Source: Chrysomallon squamiferum (Eukaryota; Animalia; Mollusca). From it: DNA of 64,000 nt. Where the stretch lies: positions 1,612,001-1,676,000 of the forward strand of contig CM022677.1 in NCBI GenBank assembly GCA_012295275.1, read 5' to 3'. Positions 53,970 to 64,000 of the stretch are shown piece by piece (positions within the stretch are counted from its first letter, which is position 1; every line of letters begins with the position of its first letter). Position numbers and translations under genes: made by a program. The notes beneath the pieces were generated by a model. It had not been told where the DNA came from and searched no databases. It was given only the letters and a program-made list of their open reading frames with translations.

Positions 53970-55268
53970 GAGTAGTAGTAGTAGTTACGGTTTTCTTTAT
54001 AATGTTCACTTTATTGTTTAAATATTAAGACCACTTATTAAAATTTTACTTTAAAGTATGTTATAATTATTTTATTTTATTGTTCACTTAGGAAATAATC
54101 TTTAATTTTTAAACAGAGTAATTCGACGCTCGATACATGGATCGATAGATCACAACATTACATCATTTCCAGTGCAAATGGGGAAGACCCTGTACAAAAA
54201 TAACTGTCCAATCAAAATATTAGATTTGATCGGTGACATTCGGGCTTTTCAAATACCTATAAATAACATTAACATAATAATATGTTATTCTGCTAACCAT
54301 CAACGATTTACTAAACCACTAATACTGAAGCGTATTAATTCAAAACTCTCCTTTTCTTAGCAATCCCACAACTAATAATACTAAATCAAACAGCACCTCT
54401 ATACATTCTTGCCTGCGTCTATTTTTAGATGACGCTGCAATCGGTAGCTCCGCCCACTTGGCTGAATTCTTATAACAACTCGCCACTTGTAGACAACATC
54501 TGATAGATAAACAGCTCAAGTTTAAATGTTAGTCACTGAAGCATCATAACAGAATAGTTACAAACAAAACATTGTTCTTACAGCAAATGCACAAGTGATT
54601 AAAACACGAGAAAACACCGATATGCATTTCCCAAACATGTTGTCTCATTCTTTAGGTGTCACCTGATGTTTTCTTCTAAGAGTCTTGTGTGTAAGAGTTG
54701 TCTTCAGTTGGAAAGCTTGAGATGAATGATTTAATTAGAGCATTTTCTTCATCTGATCAGTTATGTTTTGTTTTAATTTTGAAATATTTTTACAATAATT
54801 ACAAAATATGTGATGAAAATAAAAATTGAGTGAAGCTGTGTTCATCATAATTAGTAAGTACTGTATAATAGTTATTACTAAGATATATGATAGATTTATT
54901 TTGATAGTGTCTCAGTTTTATTGACATGAATTTCTGTTGTGGACTCAGTCTTTTAAAGACTGATCATAGGTTCTTTAATGTTTAAGTCATTCTTCTAATT
55001 ATTGGCTTTTTGATGTTTAAATATTTATTTTTCATTCTTTCAATATTTTGCTAAAATATTTAAAATCATTTTTGATAATTTAAAATTTTATTTTTTCAAT
55101 TTCTTGTTGTTCTTATTATTTTAAAAGTTTAACTACACTTTCTTGTTATTATTTTATTCTTACTTATACTGTAAACAGAAAGTACTACTATTATATCATG
55201 ATTAATATTAGAATTATGCAAGTGCCTGTTCTCATTATTATTATAATTATTATTATTAGTAGTAGTAA

Positions 55269-55300
<32 letters not shown>

Positions 55301-57220
55301 TTAAAATACTAATAATGTAGTATTATTATAATCTGTAAAATCACTTTGTGGAAAGACTTTGTAGATGACAGACAAAGTTTGTTTTCACAGCAAGTCACTA
55401 AATACATTTTTTATTATTTGTTCAAGTTCTGAAATGCAGATAACTGTTGGTTTTCATTAACAAATGTTTGTTTAAAACTTAATATTGACTTAAATTTCTT
55501 TTTAAAGTTTTATTCTGGAGCACAAAGAAAAAAGATTTGAAATAAAAATGAATAGTAATCACTAATCACAGATGTTAAAAATTATTAAACTTTGTATTTC
55601 TCATTTGATTTAATTATGAGAGGTCATTTTTTAAAATATTTTCATTTATAGTTTTTATTAACAGTTCTTGAATGCTAAAGTCTTGCTTAGCTTTGTTTAT
55701 TTACAAAAGAGTAAATGTAAGCAGTGTTATCAGTAATTTTTTATTAGTTCAGTCTGAAAAATACCAGGATTTTAAAATCAGTTAAAGTGTATTCACTGAA
55801 TTTTCTAGAAACAAGAAAGACAAAGTTTATTAGTAAATGTGGCTTTGTAACATTAACATAAATACTGTTTTAAATTTAGTGCCACAAAAGGAAGATCAGT
55901 TTGATTCACTGTTTACAAATAAAATGTGTTAAATTACATCAAAGTGTAAGATAACTTGTAACACAAGACATAAACACAGTACTCTCCTAACAAAGCTTTA
56001 ACAAAAAACTTTTCTATTTTTCTCATGTTGTATATAAAAAAACTAAAATCAGATTGCAAATGGATGATATGTTGTTTGTTTCCTGCTGAAAGCATTGATG
56101 CAACCATCAGTTCAGGTTTTGTTAACTTGCTAGTATTTATTCATTTTCTCTCTGCAAAAATCTTGGTTTTGCACACTGTCTGGTGATAGTCATTATGTTA
56201 TAGAATGACAGCTAGTCTCTGTTTTTCTGTATTAAATGACTTATCTTTTTGTTTGCACAATGGATCTGATGAAATCTCTTCTATTAATTTCACTTTAAAA
56301 TGCATTGTCATCTTTTAGATCACTCTGACCATTATGAATGCAATAAACAACACAAAATGTGCTCACATGTATTTATGCAGATTCTACTTTTCACACTAAA
56401 TGTAAATGAGTGAATTTACTTAAGTATCACAACACAATGAAAATAGTCTCATTCATCTAGCTGCAGATATTATTACAAGACATGGGATCATTGTTTATTA
56501 ATCCTTCAAAGAAGTGTGATCATTTCTTCTGACACTGTGGTCTAATTACATGCAAATTACTGCCATTGTTTAACAAGTGAAACTACTTCTAAAATTGAGT
56601 TCCTGCAGAGACATAGCTGATATGTATACGTTCTTTTGCTGTGGAATTTTCACTCGAAATCAGAAGGTAGTGCATATGTCATGTGACTAGTCTGAGTGGT
56701 ATTAGTACCTGAAAGGGCAGCAGACTATAATAGCATCACGTGACAAGGTGTTAATTATCTCAGACAGCTTAACTATTAAAGGACTATTCTGTATCCACAA
56801 GAGAACAATAACACAAACACGAATTCAGTATGGATAATTGTTTTATATCATATATATATATATATATAAATATATGCTGTTAACACAAATTAACCCTCAA
56901 GGGTAATATATAGTTACATAGTTAAATCGTACGATTCGACGATACGTTATCAAAGCAAATAGCGTTGACAAATAATACAAAACTAATTCAGCCCAGTTGG
57001 TTACTTGATCTTTCTAAATAATCTTTTAATTATTAAAATACGTTATCTTTGTTTTTATAAATGTAAGTACCACAGAATAACACTATGAAAAATTCAACAG
57101 TAATAGATTTAGCTATCTTCAATCATTCAAGATGTATGTTACATATACAAAACATTAAACCATAATTACCATTGTCTGTATATACATATATATATATGCA
57201 TTGGGCATTGTTTGAGGGGT

Positions 57221-58692
57221 TTTATTTATTTATATTTATTTATTTATTTACTTAGTTTTTACTATTATATAACGAGAGAGAGGAAAAAGAAGGAGAAAAA
57301 AACGTCGTAGTGTCATCGTGTCGTGCACGTTTTGTTGTTGTTAGCGTCGCGTTGTTGTATGTTTTTGTTGTTGTTAGCGTCGCGTTGTTGTATGTTTTGT
57401 TGTTGTTAGCGGCGCGTTGTTGTATGTTTTGTTGTTGTTAGCGGCGCGTTGTTGTATGTTTTTGTTGTTGTTAGCGTCGCGTTGTTGTATGTTTTGTTGT
57501 TGTTAGCGTCGCGTTGTTGTATGTTTTTGTTGTTGTTAGCGTCGCGTTGTTGTATGTTTTGTTGTTGTTAGCGTCGCGTTGTTGTATGTTTTTGTTGTTG
57601 TTAGCGTCGCGTTGTTGTATGTTTTTGTTGTTGTTAGCGGCGCGTTGTTGTATGTTTTTGTTGTTGTTAGCGGCGCGTTGTTGTATGTTTTTGTTGTTGT
57701 TAGCGTCGCGTTGTTGTATGTTTTTGTTGTTGTTAGCGTCGCGTTGTTGTTTGTTTTTGTTGTTGTTAGCGTCGCGTTGTTGTATGTTTTTGTTGTTGTT
57801 AGCGTCGCGTTGTTGTATGTTTTTGTTGTTGTTAGCGTCGCGTTGTTGTATGTTCTTGGAGTTGTTTGGCCGCAAATCTGTCGAAAGGGAGGTTACCAGT
57901 TCGTTCTGGGGTTAGATAGGGATATGTTTATATTAAGTAGTATTTTATGAAATTGTCTCTGTGTTTATATTTTGATTTTTGTTGCTTCCACGTATCGCAT
58001 TATGAGGTTGTCTACTTGTTTTTTTAAGTGTTTGGCAGGGTTGAAAATGTCAACTGGTGTATATCTGACTTTGATGTTTGTTACAGTTGTGTTTAGTTTC
58101 TGTCTGTCCTTGTCGTACTTCGTGCAATAGAACAGATAGTGTCTGACATTGTCCAGTTTATGGCATGTGCCGCACTTGTTACTCACAGTGTTGTCGAGTC
58201 TGTGTCTGCTGTCGTTTAGTCCGAAGGTCACTCCCACACTGAGACGGGTTAAAGTTTGAGTTGTTTTGTTGTTGTCTGAGAGTGGGCTGGGCGAGTTTAC
58301 TTTCGGTTTAATTATGTAATGCCATAGTCTAGTTTTGTTGTCCCAGTCTTGTTGCCACGATTCTATTAGCTTATTGTGCGCTATGGTCATGATTTCGTTA
58401 ACGTTGTATTTAGAGTCAAAGTCGATCGTGTCGTCTTCTAGCGAGTGTTTTGCGTTTTTGTCTGCCAGCTCGTTTCCAGTAACACCCACGTGAGCGGGTA
58501 CCCACTCGAAGATGACCTTGTGTCCTCTGTAGTTGATACAGTTTGTGATGTCGATAATCTCTAATGTACTGGGAGCTCCTGAATTTGAGTTTGTGCTGAG
58601 CTTGCAATGAGCTGAGGGAGTCAGTTAGTATGAGATATTTCTTTTTCGTGTTTGTGACATAAGTTTGAGTTAGGACCCATTTAAGTGCTGAG
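57221..58692 (-). mobile_element. 3' end of a non-LTR retrotransposon (I/Nimb/Ingi-like) with RNase H and C-terminal Cys/His motif
   Basis: Minus-strand translation gives ...YLILTDSLSSLQA...(frameshift)...KVIFEWVPAHVGVTGNELADKNAK... (RNase HI motifs) and CGTCHKLDNVRHYLFYC, with stop at 57965. Followed by a putative 3'UTR containing a 33-bp VNTR and a (TAAA)n-like tail near 57221-57250 (3' boundary uncertain). Cut by the gap at 58693. Confidence 0.85.
57329..57854. repeat. 33-bp minisatellite, ~16 copies
   Basis: Unit GTTTTTGTTGTTGTTAGCGTCGCGTTGTTGTAT with 32/33-bp variants. Confidence 0.95.
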
Positions 58693-58892
58693 NNNNNNNN
58701 NNNNNNNNNNNNNNNNNNNNNNNNNNNNNNNNNNNNNNNNNNNNNNNNNNNNNNNNNNNNNNNNNNNNNNNNNNNNNNNNNNNNNNNNNNNNNNNNNNNN
58801 NNNNNNNNNNNNNNNNNNNNNNNNNNNNNNNNNNNNNNNNNNNNNNNNNNNNNNNNNNNNNNNNNNNNNNNNNNNNNNNNNNNNNNNNNNNN
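58693..58892. other. Assembly gap (200 N)
   Basis: Run of exactly 200 N. Confidence 1.
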
Positions 58893-59052
58893 TTGTTAGA
58901 AATTATCTCAGGTTGATTATTTTTTACATAAAAATGTTTAGTATTTGAAATATTTCTATGTACAGGTCATAGCTAGATGTGAATATAGAAAACTGATCAC
59001 TGCAATGTGAGGCTGCGTATTAGAAACATTTTAAAATTATATTTCGTATGAG

Positions 59053-59103
<51 letters not shown>

Positions 59104-59119
59104 TGTTTTTAGTGAAAAC

Positions 59120-59376
59120 ATGGCCACCTCAGCAGAAGTTTCAAGTTGGCAGACAGGGAAAACACTAACGGAGTGCATTGAACACGTTTTTCGTACGAGA
59201 ACAGACAGCGACGTCAGATTTATTGTTGGGGAAGAAGAAAAAATTGTAGAAGCACATCGCTTCATCCTGATGATCAGAAGCGATGTCTTCCACAAAATGT
59301 TTATGGGAGAACTTCGCGAACAAAACAGCATCATCTTGCCTGATGTTGAGGCAGATATTTTTACCGAGTTTTTAAA
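59120..59376 (+). CDS. BTB/POZ-BACK-PHR protein (BTBD1/2/3/6-like), copy 3, coding exon 1 (N-terminal BTB)
   Basis: ATG at 59120 just after the acceptor tttttAG (59111-59112). Translates MATSAEVSSWQTGKTLTECIEHVFRTRTDSDVRFIVGEEEKIVEAHRFILMIRSDVFHKMFMGELREQNSIILPDVEADIFTEFLK, with classic BTB motifs (SDV.F.VG, AHR.IL..RS.VF..MF, I.LPDV). Phase-2 donor aa|GTATGT at 59377. Confidence 0.93.
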
Positions 59377-59437
59377 GTATGTTAACAAACTCATACACAC
59401 ACGCACACGCACACAGCCACACACAGAGACACAGACA

Positions 59438-59486
<49 letters not shown>

Positions 59487-59689
59487 CATACACACAGACA
59501 CAAACACACACACACACACACAGACACACACAGCGACACAGGTACGAACATAGTGAGTAACGAAACATACAAACCGACACGAACGTTGATAACAATACAG
59601 TTTTTGTTAGTAATATAATTATTTTCTAATTGAATAATCTCACATAATTATCTCTCATTTTGAAGTCTTACTCTACTTCTTTTACACAG

Positions 59690-60743
59690 ATATCTTTACA
59701 CGGATGACGTCGTCCTAACAGGCGACAACGTCACCGGTCTGCTGTATCTATCGAGGAAGTACATCGTCACGACACTGGAAGAACAGTGCGTGAAATATTT
59801 GGAGTCGTCGTTGTCGTCACGGAATGCGTGCGTCGTGCTGGAACAAGCTCACCTGTTTGATGAACATGATCTAAGGAAAAAAACTCTGGACTTCATTTTG
59901 GAAAATGGCGACGAAGTTCTGAAGTCAGATGAAGTCACCGATCTTTGTCACGAATGTCTGGTTGAGATCGTACGATCAGACGAACTGACAGCAGACGAGA
60001 AAAATGTTTTTGAAGCCGCTGTGAAGTGGGCTGACAGCGCGTGCAGGAAGCAAGGGAGACAGACGAATGAAAAAAACATGCGCGAAGCACTGGGAGAGGT
60101 CGTGAAGCACGTGCGTTATCCATTACTCGATCAGACGTATTTTGTAAAACACGTGACACCAACTCACATACTCACTGAGACAGAAGAAAACAAGATTTTT
60201 AAACACTTGGTGAGCAGTGATGAAGATGTTTCACCTTTCAACTCAAACAAGAGAACTGCAATGATGAAAACACAGATTACAATAAACAGGTTTGGTGGAA
60301 CTGGTTCTGTTGACTGGCCATGTTCTGGTAAACAAGATGACGCCATTACTTTCTCTGTCAACAAAAACGCTTTACTTCGCGGATTTCAGTTGTACGGTTA
60401 CCCTGAACCACGAAACTACGACGTCAGCGCCTTCGTCACTGACACAAGAACAGACGAAATACTGGACGGGTCTACACTGACACAGAGATATGAACACGTC
60501 GTGTCTGACGTGTATGACGTCGTGTTCAGACGTCCAGTGAAGATTACTAAAGACACTGAGTACAGCTTGTTTGTTACTGTTAAGGGAGGAGACTCATTGT
60601 TGGGAGATGTAGGTAAATCAGAAATTGTTGTAGACTCTTTTGTTTGTAGATTTTCTGAGTCACACAAATCTAAACACAGTGACAGACAACTTCGTACACA
60701 TGTGACACACGGACAAATACCTGCTTTGTTATTTTTAGTGTAA
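59690..60743 (+). CDS. BTB/POZ-BACK-PHR protein, copy 3, coding exon 2 (BTB end, BACK, PHR); spliced product 436 aa
   Basis: Acceptor cttcttttacacAG (59688-59689) joins in frame to give FLK-YLYTDDVVLTGDNVTGLLYLSRKY. BACK motifs (E..VFEAAVKWA, VRYPLL) and PHR motifs (NRF...W...G..DAITFSV, GFQLYG, GQIPALLF-stop). 257+1054=1311 nt, an intact frame. Confidence 0.94.
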
Positions 60744-60964
60744 AAAACAACATCGTTCAAACACTGTCACTTTTAGTCATCACTGGCCTAATATTTGTAT
60801 TTATTTATTTATTTGTTTACTTATTGATTTATTGATTTATTGATTTGTTTACTTTTTTCTGATGACGTCAGACAGCGGTGATGACGTCATAGACAGTTCC
60901 TTTGATTTGAAATTTTTATAATGGACTGATTTGTGTCAAACAGATACATCTCATTGCTTTATTT

Positions 60965-61012
<48 letters not shown>

Positions 61013-61471
61013 GTATTTCTAATGTTTGTTGTTTGTATATAAAACGTAATATTATTAACTATTTCTTGATTCATTTGTACTTTTTGATTTCGCTTTAAAA
61101 TTGTATATAAAATAAAATGTAGATAAATTATATATGTACTTACTGACTGTTGGACATGAAATACAAGAACTGTTATTTGATTTATTTATCAATTTTCTTT
61201 TATTAAAATTTATATTAAATATGTAAGTAAATTAGATTATGTTTCGAATTTACTGTTTGTTTGTTTATGTATAAGATGTATATAAAGAAAATGCAAATAA
61301 ATTTGTTTTGTATTATACATTTTTACTTCGTTTATTTTTGTATTTAATTTCTATTTAGAATGTAAACAGAAAAATTTTATAGACTTAAAAATCAATTTTA
61401 TTATTTGCTTTCTGTAATATTTTTCTTTTCTGCATACAGCGTGTAATACATAAAGATGCTGTACTATATGT

Positions 61472-61664
<193 letters not shown>

Positions 61665-62079
61665 GATACCTGGTGTAAATTCCAGAATAAAGTAAGAGCA
61701 TTTCTTTAAAACTGCCAACAATTAGCACGTAATTAGACTACCGCGTGGACAAGATGAAATGATCGCACTTTGTGAAATCTTAATAAACAATGATTCCATT
61801 CTTCTTGTAATCACTATACGCGGTATTCTCCCAACAGTCATATGGTCAGTAGTCAAACAGTTTGGAAAGCAGTCAAGCAGTAAGTAAGCTGGGCACCCCT
61901 GTGTGGAGAATGATCAACTAGTCTTGGCTGTGTCTCACTGCTAACTGTTGTAATCACAACTCCGGTGTGAAGCTGATTAAGTGTGCATCAAAACTTGACC
62001 TGTGTTGTTATAAACTCTATTCTGTGGTTATGAACTGAATGACAAATAAGCCTATGACTAATGGGAGGTAACCCTATAC

Positions 62080-62349
62080 CACTGGTTTTCAACCTTTATC
62101 ATACCTCGACCCTTATGAGGAGCTCAATATGACCTAAAACCCCCTTTAAAATGTTTGATTCCATAATATGTAGGGTTACCATATTTTCATCAACGAAAGA
62201 CAGTACAGAAGGAATCTATATTCACTGTGACGGGTCCCAAACCTATCTACGTGTTTTTATTTATTCCTCCTTCCAAGTCAAGTTGAAAAACGCTAAAACA
62301 TACCATCGCTCAAGAACGATCTCGCGACCCCCAGAGAAGAGTCTGGCGA
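62080..62349 (+). mobile_element. 3'-truncated copy of the hAT MITE in the flank of BTB copy 3
   Basis: Same insertion site and truncation point as 49283-49538. Confidence 0.75.
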
Positions 62350-62545
62350 TTCTCTCTGTCTAGCACACAAATACATTGATTCAAACTTTCTTAAACATAT
62401 CAATCCGCTCAAACACACACATATCTAAATGTCTCATAAACACAGACACACATACACATACACAAACGCACACCCACACACATACACACATATGTATCAA
62501 TATATGTCTACCTAGCTGTCTCTGTATCTATGTATGTATGTATGT

Positions 62546-62578
<33 letters not shown>

Positions 62579-62749
62579 GTGTGTGTGTTGTGTGTGTGTG
62601 TACAGAGAGAGAAAAAATAGATATAATACACACATCTAATCACACATAACACTTTCTTAAGCCTACATACACACGTAGTACATACGTACATACATACAAA
62701 CATACACACAAGTAAGTTGATAAACTTGTAGTTGTCAATGTTTCTAGTA

Positions 62750-63184
62750 GTAGCACATTAACACTCAGTTCTTACATAAGAAGATGGTAGTGGAACATTA
62801 ACACTCAGTTCTTACATAAGAAGATGGTAGTGGAACATTAACACTCAGTTCTTACATAAGAAGATGGTAGTGGAACATTAACACTCAGTTCTTACATAAG
62901 AAGATGGTAGTGGAACATTAACACTCAGTTCTTACATAAGAAGATGGTAGTGGAACATTAACACTCAGTTCTTACATAAGAAGATGGTAGTGGAACATTA
63001 ACACTCAGTTCTTACATAAGAAGATGGTAGTGGAACATTAACACTCAGTTCTTACATAAGAAGATGGTAGTGGAACATTAACACTCAGTTCTTACATAAG
63101 AAGATGGTAGTGGAACATTAACACTCAGTTCTTACATAAGAAGATGGTAGTGGAACATTAACGCTCAGTTCTTACATAAGAAGA
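62750..63184. repeat. 40-bp VNTR, ~11 copies
   Basis: Same unit as 49937-50171. Confidence 0.95.
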
Positions 63185-63325
63185 TTGAGAAAATATAACA
63201 CGTTTGTTTAAAATTACAGTCAGATTTATTTACTAATCTACAAAGTCATATACAAGTTTGTGAACCTTAAGATCATAATGTAATGATTTTTATATAACAT
63301 TGACATTTATTTTTATTATTATTAC

Positions 63326-63397
<72 letters not shown>

Positions 63398-64000
63398 GTT
63401 GCTGTTCTTTTTATTCAAATGAATTTACTTTTAATCTGCTTTACAGAAATATAATGCAGTGACTGAGGATAATATGTAAGTAAACCTATCACTTTTGTTA
63501 ATATATTATCAGATTTAAATTTAAATCACCTTCTTCGACAAGCGTGTTTTTTACAGAAACGCTTCTGATGAAGAAATAAATTGTAAGAAGAGGAAAGGCG
63601 GACGCATTTGCTTTACTGTGTGTGTGTGTCACTGTGTACTGTGTGTGTGTCACTGTGTACTTGTGTGTGTTGCTGTGTACTTGTGTGTGTTGTGTGTGTT
63701 GCTGTGTGTGTGTGTGTGTGTGTGTGTCACTGTGTACTCGTGTGTGTCACTGTGTACTTGTGTGTGTTGCTGTGTGTACTGTGTGTGTGTTGCTGTGTGT
63801 GTTGCTGTGTACTTGTGTGTGTTGCTGTGTACTTGTGTGTGTTGCTGTGTGTGTGTTGCTCTGTGTGATTTGTATGTATCAGTTTATGTTTGTGTGTGTG
63901 TGTGTGTTTTTTGTGTCTGTGTGTCATTGTGTGCGAGCGTGTTACTGTTAAAACAAAACAAACTCGTTGCAAAATATAATTACTCGTATTTGTTTTTATT

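Noticed and set aside
54400-54500. GC-box (CTCCGCCCA) and nearby motifs; YY1-like motifs at ~51895-51945
   Set aside because: Promoter-like, but no associated exon or ORF could be identified.
57471-57950. Repetitive ORFs (NKNIQQRDANN)n etc.
   Set aside because: Translations of the 33-bp VNTR; 32-bp variants break the frame.

Overview
AT-rich, microsatellite-dense eukaryotic DNA, probably from an invertebrate such as a mollusc (inference from repeat content and gene family). It consists of three contigs joined by two 200-N gaps (29930-30129, 58693-58892). The only convincing host protein-coding content is a cluster of three near-identical BTB/POZ-BACK-PHR (BTBD1/2/3/6-like, putative Cullin-3 adaptor) loci on the + strand. 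Copy 1 has two coding exons (27772-28027, 28346-29405) and a 1-bp homopolymer frameshift. Copy 2 is a PHR-only fragment (47321-47914). Copy 3 is intact (59120-59376, 59690-60743; 436 aa). The copies are almost identical in BTB/BACK, the non-microsatellite part of the intron and the 3' flanks, but differ strongly, and almost only non-synonymously, in four short PHR patches. This suggests a diversifying substrate-recognition system. Upstream of copy 1 are an ISRE/CRE/kB-like motif cluster and three diverged copies of a non-coding exon-like module. The window also holds a ~12-kb inverted duplication (10629-22587 vs 32152-44213; possibly a misplaced haplotype), an I-clade-like LINE 3' end with RNase H, a degenerate L1/Tx1-like RT fragment, a hAT-type MITE with a perfect 8-bp TSD, several minisatellites and a degenerate telomere-like array. 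Nearly all other listed ORFs are microsatellite artefacts.
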